58,341 nucleotides of DNA from Candidatus Moraniibacteriota bacterium (GCA_026396255.1 JAPLXD010000006.1:1-58341); one strand, 5' to 3'. Shown: positions 1-7,657, counted from the first letter of the stretch. Translations and numbers: made by a program. Notes: generated by a model not told the origin, from the sequence alone.

Positions 1-117
1 AGGAGGGAAAAATTGCATCTTTATCTCGGAGAATATGTTTGGATATACAATCACAGAAAATTGAATTTCAAAGAACGAAATAATCTGTTATTTAAACTAA
101 TAATCAACAACCATTAG
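1..117 (+). mobile_element. 3' end of a transposase/integrase-like CDS entering from the left edge (partial)
   Basis: Frame 1 is open from nt 1 to TAG 115-117: RREKLHLYLGEYVWIYNHRKLNFKERNNLLFKLIINNH*. The L..Y...YNH.R pattern resembles the tail of DDE (rve-type) transposases. Only 38 codons are visible. Confidence 0.3.
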
Positions 118-211
118 GTTCAAAAATTGAACTTTACCCTAGATAGATAAGATTGTTTCTAAATGTTCTTATTACAATTCGTGCAACAGCACGCTAGGGG
201 AGGTATTTTCC

Positions 212-445
212 ATGCTTTGGAATATAATAATTTTTTTGGTAAGGGTGATAGTTGTTATTATCTGCATCATTATTGGCATGGATACCATTATTAAATGTAA
301 GAATGCTGCCAAGAAACGCGGTTTAGACATATCTGATATGTCTAATTCTGATGTGCAGCTGCATTGGGCTCTTATAATCATAATGATTAGCGGCCTGTGT
401 ATAGCTCTGGACGCCCTGTCTAAAATGTTTGGGCGGGGAGGTTAA
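212..445 (+). CDS. small hypothetical membrane protein (2 predicted TM helices)
   Basis: GGAGG lies 8 nt upstream of the ATG. Two hydrophobic stretches are present. A hairpin with T-run follows at 489-520. The gene is AT-rich relative to its neighbours. Confidence 0.45.
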   Translation: MLWNIIIFLVRVIVVIICIIIGMDTIIKCKNAAKKRGLDISDMSNSDVQLHWALIIIMISGLCIALDALSKMFGRGG

Positions 446-488
446 GGGCTATATTAGCTGATGCTGAAACATGCCCACTATGTTTGTC

Positions 489-520
489 GGGGTAGTGATT
501 AATTGCTACCCCATTTTATT
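489..520 (+). terminator. intrinsic terminator-like hairpin
   Basis: GGGGTAG-N10-CTACCCC followed by ATTTTATTT. Confidence 0.5.
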
Positions 521-541
521 TCTCCTTCCAATCCAAACGCT

Positions 542-1984
542 TTAGATTTCACGATTTTGACTTTCACGAAACTCCCCACGCACCAATTCCGACGCGTTAT
601 GATGCGGGGCAATGCCGACGGGGATTTTTTTATTGGAGTGAAAAATGACTTTCTTTTGGGTGCGGGTGTGGGCGAGGTATTTTCCCATCCAAGGTTCGAC
701 CTTTCCCTTTCTCGCTGGCGCTCGAAATTCCTCAAGGTCGAACCTTTTGTCAACTAGAACTTCAACGACTTTGCCGATATATTTTTTGTTATTTTCCAGC
801 GCGGTTTTGGAGAGAATGTCCGTAAGCATTTTATCGCGTCTTTCTTTTTCTTTCTTGGAAACATTGTCTTTCATTTTCCAGGCAAGGGTTTGCGGGCGGG
901 GGGAGTATTGGGCGATATAGGCCATATCAAATTTCATCTCGCGAAGAAGCTTGGCCGTGTTTTCAAACTGTTTTTTCGTTTCGCCCGGAAAACCGACGAT
1001 GATATCGGTGGAGATACAAGGTTCAACCTTAGCTGTACAGCTAAGGTTGAACCTTTGAAAAGATCCACGGATTTTTTTGATTAGTCTTTTATAATGTTCA
1101 ATTGAATATTTGCGGTTCATCTTGCGAAGAATTTCGTTGTCTCCAGATTGAGCGGGCAGGGAGATATATTCACAGATTTTTTTGCTTTTGGCGATTATTT
1201 CAATCAGATCGTCAGACATATCTTTCGGGTGCGAGGTGAGAAAAGAGAGCCAGAATTTTCCGGGGATTTTTTCGATGAGGCGGAGAAGTTTTGGAAAATT
1301 TATTTTTTTTTCGCTCCCTCGCCTTGATAAGGAGAGGGTTGGGGTGAGGTTTTTATAGCTGTTCACGTTTTGTCCAAGCAATATAATTTCTTTGCATCCC
1401 TTTTTCACCAAGCTTTTTACTTCTTTCAGGATGTCATCAGCGGGGCGGGAATATTCGCGACCTCTCGCAAAGGGAACGACGCAATAGGCGCAGAAGTTAT
1501 TGCAGCCGGTCATGATTGGTATATATGCTGTGTATGAGTTTGTATATTTGAGTGTTATGTCTAGATAATCAAAGCACTCTCCCTTTACTAAAGGGAGAGT
1601 CGAAGAGAGATTTTTTCTATTGAATTGCTTATTCAAAATCCCCCTTAGTCCCCCTTTAAGAAAGGGGGAGACCGCTTGTGGGAAACTCTTAATTTCGCAA
1701 AACAGATCTACTTTTCCTTTGAGCCTTCGCTGGACGTCTTTTCTATGGGAGAGGCAGCCGGTCAAGACAATTTTTTTATCCAGATATTTTTTCTTTATAT
1801 TATTGATCTGTCCATAAACGCGGTCTTCGGCGGATTGGCGGACGCCGCAAGTGACGAATACGATTAAATTAGCCTCGTCAATTGAAGAGGCTAATTTTAA
1901 TTTATATTTTTCGAGATAAGTGGCGATTCTTTCGGCGTCAGACTGGTTCATTTGACAACCGAAGACTTTGACGAAATATTTCAT
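542..1984 (-). CDS. miaB: MiaB-family tRNA methylthiotransferase (radical SAM), carrying several in-frame inserts
   Basis: N-terminal UPF0004 block VFGCQMNQSDAE..VTCGVRQSAEDR, radical-SAM CNNFCAYCVVP, and a TRAM-like C-terminus. 480 aa. Confidence 0.85.
   Translation of the reverse strand: MKYFVKVFGCQMNQSDAERIATYLEKYKLKLASSIDEANLIVFVTCGVRQSAEDRVYGQINNIKKKYLDKKIVLTGCLSHRKDVQRRLKGKVDLFCEIKSFPQAVSPFLKGGLRGILNKQFNRKNLSSTLPLVKGECFDYLDITLKYTNSYTAYIPIMTGCNNFCAYCVVPFARGREYSRPADDILKEVKSLVKKGCKEIILLGQNVNSYKNLTPTLSLSRRGSEKKINFPKLLRLIEKIPGKFWLSFLTSHPKDMSDDLIEIIAKSKKICEYISLPAQSGDNEILRKMNRKYSIEHYKRLIKKIRGSFQRFNLSCTAKVEPCISTDIIVGFPGETKKQFENTAKLLREMKFDMAYIAQYSPRPQTLAWKMKDNVSKKEKERRDKMLTDILSKTALENNKKYIGKVVEVLVDKRFDLEEFRAPARKGKVEPWMGKYLAHTRTQKKVIFHSNKKIPVGIAPHHNASELVRGEFRESQNREI
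691..746. repeat. 56-bp element with inverted termini AAGGTTCGACCTT/AAGGTCGAACCTT (copy 1, inside miaB)
   Basis: The ends match the copy at 49976-50031 (19 and 20 nt identical) around a 17-nt divergent core. Translated in miaB as FDLEEFRAPARKGKVEPW. Confidence 0.8.
1018..1055. repeat. perfect 38-bp palindrome inside miaB
   Basis: AAGGTTCAACCTTAGCTGT/ACAGCTAAGGTTGAACCTT. Both strands encode FNLSCTAKVEP. Confidence 0.9.
1316..1338. repeat. short interrupted hairpin inside miaB
   Basis: CCCTC-G-CCTT-GAT-AAGG-A-GAGGG, lying in the LSLSRRGSE insert. Confidence 0.5.
1576..1600. repeat. 25-bp palindrome inside miaB
   Basis: ACTCTCCCTTTA-C-TAAAGGGAGAGT. Translated as STLPLVKGE. Confidence 0.8.
1635..1670. 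repeat. C5T3/A3G5 hairpin element inside miaB (antisense to the gene)
   Basis: AAAATCCCCCTTAGTCCCCCTTTAAGAAAGGGGGAG is 33/36 identical to uvrA 50481-50516. Confidence 0.85.
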
Positions 1985-3780
1985 TTTTTATCCTCAATTT
2001 CTTTCTGGATCTTTTCCAAAAACTTCTCAACCTTTATTGCGCCGAGATCGCCTTTTTCGCGGTCGCGAACGGCGACGGATTTGGCTTTCATTTCTTTCTC
2101 GCCGATGATGAGCATATAATTCACTTTCTGGTTCTGGGCGGTGCGGATTCTTTTTCCGAGGGATTCGCCGGTTTTGTTCATCGCGACACGAATATTTTTT
2201 TCTTGGAGTTTTTTCAAAATTTCTTTTCCGAATTTTTCAAACTTTTCCGAAACGGGAATGACTTCAACTTGAACAGGGGAGAGCCAAAGCGGGAAATGGC
2301 CGGCGGTTTGTTCAACTAAAAAGGCGAAAAATCGGTCGAATGATCCCATAATCGCCTTATGGATAATAACCGGCCTTTCTTTCTTTCCTTTTTCGTTTGT
2401 GAACTCGAGATTAAATCGTTCAGGCATATAGAAATCCATTTGAACAGTTGCGATTGAATCTTCTTTTCCGTGGACATTTTTGATTTGAACGTCAATTTTC
2501 GGTCCATAGAAAGCTGCTTCGCCGGCAACTTCTTCGAATTTTACTCCCGATTTTTTCAGGGCTGCGCGGGCAATTCGTGCCGATTCCTCCCAGAGCTTTC
2601 TGTTTTTTATGTCACCATATTTTTCCTTATCATTGAAATCGGGGAGTGATAGTCGAAACCAATAGCCTGTAATGTTGAAATCTTCGTAAACTTTTTTGAA
2701 TAAGCTTAAAACTTTTTCAAGCTCGCTCTGGCTTTGTTCATGCGAGCAATAAATATGAGAGTCATTTTGGGAAAAGCAGCGTGCCCGAATAAGTCCGGTG
2801 AGGACGCCCGATCTTTCAAAGCGATGCAGGAGACTGAAATCAGAATAGCGGACTGGCAAATCGCGATAGCTTTTCGAATCATTGCGAAACATAATGTGAT
2901 GATGGGGGCAATTCATTGGTTTCAAATAATATCTTTCTCCCTCAATATCAATTGGGTTATACATATCATCCTTGTAGTGTGCCAAGTGGCCGGATTTTTT
3001 GTAAAGATTTTCATGCGCGAGAACGGGCGTGTATACAAAATCATAGCCGTTTTGTTTTTCCAATTCGTACATATAATCCTCGAGCTTTTTCCGAATATAA
3101 GCGCCGTTGGGAAGCCAAAGTGGCAATCCTTTTCCCACTTCATCCGAAATCATAAATAGTTTCAGATCTTTCCCGAGTTTTCGATGATCTCTTTTTTCCG
3201 CTTCGGCCATCATGGCAAGATATTGCCGGAGTTCTTTGTCGGTTGCGAAAGCTACGCCATAGATGCGCTGGAGCATCTTGTTTTTTTCGTCGCCCTTCCA
3301 GTAGGCGCCGGAAATCTTGGTGAGCTTGAAAGCCTTCGGGCTTATTTCTCCGGTCGAATCGATGTGAGGACCAGCGCAAAGATCGACAAAATTGCCGGTT
3401 CGATAAATCGAAACAGTTTTTCCGCCAGAGGCGGATCCGCCTTTGGCGGATGCTCTACTACTTTCCTCTTTTGCGATATCTTTGATCAATTCGACCTTCA
3501 GCGGCTGCGCGGCTTTTTTGAAATCTTCCAAAGCTTCGGCAATCGGCAGATTGGCTTTTTCAAATTTGAAATTGGCCTTGATGATGCTCTGCATTTTTTC
3601 TTCGAGGATCGCGAGATCTTCAGGAATCAGTGTACGCGGGAGGTCAAAGTCATAATAGAATCCGTTTTCGATGGCCGGTCCGATGCCAAAGCGGGCGTCG
3701 GGGAACATTTCAAAAACGGCTGCGGCCAGGACGTGGGAGAGGGAGTGCCGAAGAAGCTCTGTTTTTGGTTGTTTTTGCAT
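1981..3780 (-). CDS. thrS: threonyl-tRNA synthetase, short form without the N-terminal TGS domain
   Basis: 599 aa. Starts at the SAD-like block LLRHSLSHVLAAA, with class II core (YLKPMNCPHH, FSLLHRFERSG) and an anticodon-binding C-terminus. Its stop overlaps the miaB start by 4 nt (ATGA). Confidence 0.93.
   Translation of the reverse strand: MQKQPKTELLRHSLSHVLAAAVFEMFPDARFGIGPAIENGFYYDFDLPRTLIPEDLAILEEKMQSIIKANFKFEKANLPIAEALEDFKKAAQPLKVELIKDIAKEESSRASAKGGSASGGKTVSIYRTGNFVDLCAGPHIDSTGEISPKAFKLTKISGAYWKGDEKNKMLQRIYGVAFATDKELRQYLAMMAEAEKRDHRKLGKDLKLFMISDEVGKGLPLWLPNGAYIRKKLEDYMYELEKQNGYDFVYTPVLAHENLYKKSGHLAHYKDDMYNPIDIEGERYYLKPMNCPHHHIMFRNDSKSYRDLPVRYSDFSLLHRFERSGVLTGLIRARCFSQNDSHIYCSHEQSQSELEKVLSLFKKVYEDFNITGYWFRLSLPDFNDKEKYGDIKNRKLWEESARIARAALKKSGVKFEEVAGEAAFYGPKIDVQIKNVHGKEDSIATVQMDFYMPERFNLEFTNEKGKKERPVIIHKAIMGSFDRFFAFLVEQTAGHFPLWLSPVQVEVIPVSEKFEKFGKEILKKLQEKNIRVAMNKTGESLGKRIRTAQNQKVNYMLIIGEKEMKAKSVAVRDREKGDLGAIKVEKFLEKIQKEIEDKK
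3421..3450. repeat. 30-bp near-perfect palindrome in frame in thrS
   Basis: TCCGCCAGAGGCGGATCCGCCTTTGGCGGA, encoding part of SAKGGSASGG. A second copy lies at 13741-13770. Confidence 0.85.
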
Positions 3781-3891
3781 AGAAATAGATTAGTTTTTAC
3801 TCTTGAATAGTACAATTAAACCGCCTAAAAATCAAATCATGAAAGATGACAAAGTAAAAAAAATGATATAGTATAAGGGCATAAATATTAT

Positions 3892-4755
3892 TTGCAAAAT
3901 ATGACGCCTTCAAGCCGTACTATAAAGCGATTGACCATTGTTGTAGCTTACATTGTGATTTTTGGCTTGGTTGGAACGGGATTATATTTTCTTTTCCGGA
4001 CGAAGCCGACCTGCACGGACAAAATTCAAAACCAGGGAGAAACGGGGGTGGATTGTGGCGGATCCTGCTCGGCCTGCGCGGAAATGCCAAAGGCGGAAAG
4101 CCTCAAAGTTGTCGAGAAAGCAATCGTTCCCGGAGAAACGGGAAAATATGACGCGCTGGTGAAGCTCGTGAATCCAAACTCGCTTGTCGGAGCGGCCAAA
4201 TTTGATTATTCCTTCAATCTTCTTGACGGAGCGGGAAAAATAATCGCCAAAAGCGCCGGGTCGAATTTTATTTTGCCGGGGCAGACGAAATATGTCCTTG
4301 CCTTCAATATGTCCTCTGATGCGAAGCCGGAGAGTTTGGACTTTGAAATAAGTTCATTTGAATGGAGCAAGTTTTCCCAATTCGAAGAACCGGATATCAC
4401 GGTCTATGCCAAAGAATTCAGTTTGGCAAGCGGAGGAGAATCCGGATTTGCGCGTCTCACGGCAAAAACAAAAAACCAGAGCGGCTTTGATTTTCATGAG
4501 ATTTCCGCCGTGGTTGTAATCAGAGGGGGAGATGGATCTCCGATCGCGGTCAATGAGACCAACTTCAATGATGTTCGTGCGGGCGAGGAGAGAGAAATCA
4601 ATGTCAGCTGGAACAGCTCGTTTGCGATTGATCCGGTGACAGCAAAAATAGAAATCGTTCCGGAAGTGGATGTTTTCACGAACGACAATTTTATGAAGCA
4701 GCACGGTGTTTCAGGCCAATACGGAACCTATAATGTCAGCGGTGGGCAACAATAA
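3892..4755 (+). CDS. hypothetical N-terminally anchored secreted protein with a Cys-rich neck
   Basis: TM helix (LTIVVAYIVIFGLVGTGLYFLF) followed by CTDKIQNQGETGVDCGGSCSAC. The likely true start is ATG 3901. Confidence 0.6.
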   Translation: MQNMTPSSRTIKRLTIVVAYIVIFGLVGTGLYFLFRTKPTCTDKIQNQGETGVDCGGSCSACAEMPKAESLKVVEKAIVPGETGKYDALVKLVNPNSLVGAAKFDYSFNLLDGAGKIIAKSAGSNFILPGQTKYVLAFNMSSDAKPESLDFEISSFEWSKFSQFEEPDITVYAKEFSLASGGESGFARLTAKTKNQSGFDFHEISAVVVIRGGDGSPIAVNETNFNDVRAGEEREINVSWNSSFAIDPVTAKIEIVPEVDVFTNDNFMKQHGVSGQYGTYNVSGGQQ

Positions 4756-4760
4756 TAAAG

Positions 4761-5867
4761 ATGGTAAAAAATATTTTGAAGATAGATTGGATTTTGCTTG
4801 CAGCCGCTCTCTTGCTTTTGGGGCTGAGCTTAGCCGTCCTTTATCCGATCAGCCATACGGGAAACAGTTTTGTCGGAAATGACACTAGCCATTTTTTCCG
4901 CCAGGCGGCCTTTGCGTTTCTTGGCGTTTTTTTGTTCTTTGCCTTTTCGTTTACCGACTATCGTATTTTTCGATCAATGTCGTCGATATTGTTTCTTGCC
5001 GGAATTTTTCTATTGCTTGCGGTTTTGGTTTTTGGAAAAATCGTCAACGGAACTTCCGGCTGGATCAGCTTCGGAGTTGTCAATTTCCAGCCGGTGGAGA
5101 TTTTCAAGTTGGTCATCGCTGTCGTCCTGGCCAAATATTTTTCTCTCAATGTGAAAACGATCCGGGAGCCGAGGCATATTTTCATTTCACTTGTTCCCGT
5201 TGCTTTTTCGGTTGCGTTGATCATGATTCAGCCTGACTTGGGATCGGCCCTGGTCATCGTCGGGACGTGGGCGGGAGTCCTGCTTCTTTCCGGAGTGCGG
5301 AAAAGCTATTTGGCCGCCCTGGTGATTGCCGGGATGCTGTTGGGAATTTTCAGCTGGCATTTTGTTTTGAAAAATTATCAAAAAGAAAGAATCATGGTGC
5401 TTGTGAGTCCGACGAGCGATCCGCACGGTGCGGGCTACAATGTTCTCCAATCAACCGTGGCGGTCGGTTCGGGCGGCATGTGGGGAAAAGGGTTGGGCCA
5501 CGGCTCGCAAAGCCAGCTCAACTTTCTCCCGGAAAAACACACTGACTTTATTTTCGCGGTGATTGCGGAAGAACTTGGATTCACGGGCGTGGCATTTGTT
5601 CTGATTCTGCTGTTTGTCCTTCTAATGCGGCTTTTTTCCATCGCCCGTGAAAGCCGGGACAATTTCGGAAAACTGCTGGTTGGTGCCGTGGCAATAGTAT
5701 TTTTCATCCAAATTGTCGTAAATATCGGGATGAATATCGGCATAGCGCCGGTGGCGGGAATTCCGCTTCCGCTCCTGAGTTATGGCGGAAGTTCGCTTGT
5801 GGCGACATGCGCAATGCTTGGAATTGCCGAAAGCGTGTACAGAGGCAGTCGGCAAAGGTACGGCTAG
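4761..5867 (+). CDS. SEDS-family peptidoglycan polymerase (RodA/FtsW)
   Basis: 368 aa, polytopic. SEDS blocks QPDLGSALV, FIFAVIAEELGF and GIPLPLLSYGGSS. Confidence 0.88.
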   Translation: MVKNILKIDWILLAAALLLLGLSLAVLYPISHTGNSFVGNDTSHFFRQAAFAFLGVFLFFAFSFTDYRIFRSMSSILFLAGIFLLLAVLVFGKIVNGTSGWISFGVVNFQPVEIFKLVIAVVLAKYFSLNVKTIREPRHIFISLVPVAFSVALIMIQPDLGSALVIVGTWAGVLLLSGVRKSYLAALVIAGMLLGIFSWHFVLKNYQKERIMVLVSPTSDPHGAGYNVLQSTVAVGSGGMWGKGLGHGSQSQLNFLPEKHTDFIFAVIAEELGFTGVAFVLILLFVLLMRLFSIARESRDNFGKLLVGAVAIVFFIQIVVNIGMNIGIAPVAGIPLPLLSYGGSSLVATCAMLGIAESVYRGSRQRYG

Positions 5868-5884
5868 GATTCAACCGGGGTTGA

Positions 5885-5953
5885 CCCCCACACCAATTTT
5901 CGTCACTATTTATTTGAATTCCTATATATTACAAATAGAATTGGTGTAGGGGG
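5885..5953. repeat. CCCC[AG]CACCAATT inverted-repeat element (copy 1)
   Basis: CCCCCACACCAATT ... AATTGGTGTAGGGGG with a ~40-nt AT-rich loop. It abuts the rplY promoter -35. Confidence 0.75.
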
Positions 5954-5982
5954 TTGACGAAAAAAGTTTTTTTTGTTAGATT
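5954..5982 (+). promoter_or_regulatory. sigma70-like promoter for rplY
   Basis: TTGACG-N17-TAGATT, 27 nt upstream of the ATG. Confidence 0.55.
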
Positions 5983-6009
5983 GTATCGGTACTGTTTAAC
6001 TAACCAAAG

Positions 6010-6735
6010 ATGACAAAAAATATCACACTTGATGCGAAAATCAGAACGAAATCCGTCGGCAAGGTTGCGGACAAAGAGAATATTCCGGGCATCCTCTATG
6101 GTCGGGGGATTGAAAATGTGATGGTTTCGCTCGACAAGAAAAAATTCAACCATACATATGAAGAAGTGGGAGAGAGCACGGTTTTCAAATTGGCGCTTGA
6201 CGGCAATGATGAGCGGAATGTGCTGATCAAAGATGTCCAGAAAGACGTCTTGAGCGGACTGGCGCGGCACGTTGATTTCTATCAAGTGCGGATGGATGAG
6301 GAAATCGAAGCCGAAATTGAATTAGTCTTCACAGGCGAGTCAGCCGCAGTGAAAGAGTTGGGCGGTATCCTGGTGAAAAATATGGATGCGATTCAGGTGA
6401 AATGTTTGCCGGGCGATCTGCCGCCGGAAATGGAAGTGGACATCACGCCGATCAAAACCTTTGATGATTATATCTATGTGAAGGATCTTCCGTTCTCTGA
6501 AAAAGTCGAAGTGCTTGTCGATCCGGAAACCGTGGTAGCGATGGTCTCGGAGCCGCGCTCGGAAGAAGAGCTGGCCGATCTTGAAACCGAAGTGAAGGAA
6601 GATGTCACGAAAGTCGAGGGAGTGGTGAAAGAAGAAACTCCGGCTGAAGGGGAGGAAGTCAAGCCCGAATCTGCCTCTACGGCAGACAGGGAGAAAAAAG
6701 AACCTGCCTCTTCGGCAGGCAAGGACAAGAAATAA
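6010..6735 (+). CDS. rplY: 50S ribosomal protein L25, Ctc (long) form with acidic low-complexity tail
   Basis: L25 N-domain (RTKSVGKVADKENIPGILYG) plus a Ctc C-domain. The tail contains two small hairpins at 6670-6686 and 6703-6719. Confidence 0.9.
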   Translation: MTKNITLDAKIRTKSVGKVADKENIPGILYGRGIENVMVSLDKKKFNHTYEEVGESTVFKLALDGNDERNVLIKDVQKDVLSGLARHVDFYQVRMDEEIEAEIELVFTGESAAVKELGGILVKNMDAIQVKCLPGDLPPEMEVDITPIKTFDDYIYVKDLPFSEKVEVLVDPETVVAMVSEPRSEEELADLETEVKEDVTKVEGVVKEETPAEGEEVKPESASTADREKKEPASSAGKDKK

Positions 6736-6750
6736 TCTGAAATATTTCAA

Positions 6751-6782
6751 AACACCCGATGCAAGAGCGTCGGGTGTTTTTA
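6751..6782 (+). terminator. intrinsic terminator after rplY
   Basis: AACACCCGA-N10-TCGGGTGTT followed by a T-run. Confidence 0.7.
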
Positions 6783-6850
6783 ATAATCCCTCTCCATGCT
6801 GCATTATAAAGGTACTTGTAAAAAAATCATAAGAACCTTAGAATTATTTT

Positions 6851-7507
6851 ATGAATAGTATAAAAGCATTGATATTTGATATGGACGGGGTAATTGTTGA
6901 CTCCGAACCTATCCATGAAAAAGCGGAAATAGAAGTTTGTCGCGAATTTGGTATGCTTGTCCCGAAAAGCGAGTGGGATAATTTTCGGGGCAAAAAGATC
7001 GAAGATATTTTTTTATACGCCAGCCAAAAATACGGAACTGGGAGTGAACCTATAGAAAAAATGATTGAGCGAAAAATCAGCATGTATTTGGATTATGCCT
7101 TGAATGATATGGGGCTCGTTGCCGGAGTCTATGATTTCCTGCAAGAATTAAAGAAAAATAAAAAATATCAATACGCTTTGACAACTTCGGGACGGAAAAG
7201 AATGCAAGAGAAAATACTGAAAAAATTCAATCTGGATGATTTTTTCGAAATTATGGTTACGGCCGAAGACGTAACCAATGGGAAACCGCATCCTGAACCG
7301 TACGCGATTACGGTTCAAAAACTTGATGAGCAACCAGGGGATTGTCTGGTTATCGAAGATTCGGATAATGGTATTCTCTCCGCGAGAGCGGCTGGATGCC
7401 AAGCATGCGGTATTACTACGACTTTTTCCGAAGACCGCCTTGAATCAGCTGGCGCAGATGTGGTTGTTTCTGATTTTTTTGAATTGTCAAAATTATTATT
7501 TGTTTGA
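6851..7507 (+). CDS. HAD-superfamily hydrolase (beta-phosphoglucomutase-like subfamily IA)
   Basis: Motif I FDMDGVIVDSEP, KPHPEPY, and motif IV VIEDSDNGILSA. Confidence 0.85.
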   Translation: MNSIKALIFDMDGVIVDSEPIHEKAEIEVCREFGMLVPKSEWDNFRGKKIEDIFLYASQKYGTGSEPIEKMIERKISMYLDYALNDMGLVAGVYDFLQELKKNKKYQYALTTSGRKRMQEKILKKFNLDDFFEIMVTAEDVTNGKPHPEPYAITVQKLDEQPGDCLVIEDSDNGILSARAAGCQACGITTTFSEDRLESAGADVVVSDFFELSKLLFV

Positions 7508-7557
7508 AACCAATAAAAATAGCAATTTGCGAAAGGATGCGTGATCCACGTGTTTTT

Positions 7558-7586
7558 TTGACTAAAATCATCCGATGATATAGAAT
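7558..7586 (+). promoter_or_regulatory. sigma70-like promoter for the radical SAM gene
   Basis: TTGACT-N17-TAGAAT. GGAGGAGG RBS lies just before ATG 7658. Confidence 0.6.
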
Positions 7587-7657
7587 GTTCATACAGCTGT
7601 TTAACAATAAAATCACATATAAATACTATCGGATTAATAGAGTCGGAGGAGGACAAG

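Noticed and set aside
691-746. A CRISPR-like interpretation of the conserved-ends, variable-core 56-bp elements and the other repeats.
   Set aside because: Only single units occur at each locus. There is no tandem repeat-spacer array and no cas genes are visible in the window. The ends are inverted repeats rather than direct repeats.
1981-3780. ThrRS (no TGS domain) and UvrC (no HhH tail, 53024-54307) considered as truncated pseudogenes.
   Set aside because: Both ORFs are uninterrupted, retain their catalytic motifs and are tightly packed with their neighbours. Short forms are consistent with a reduced genome rather than with decay.
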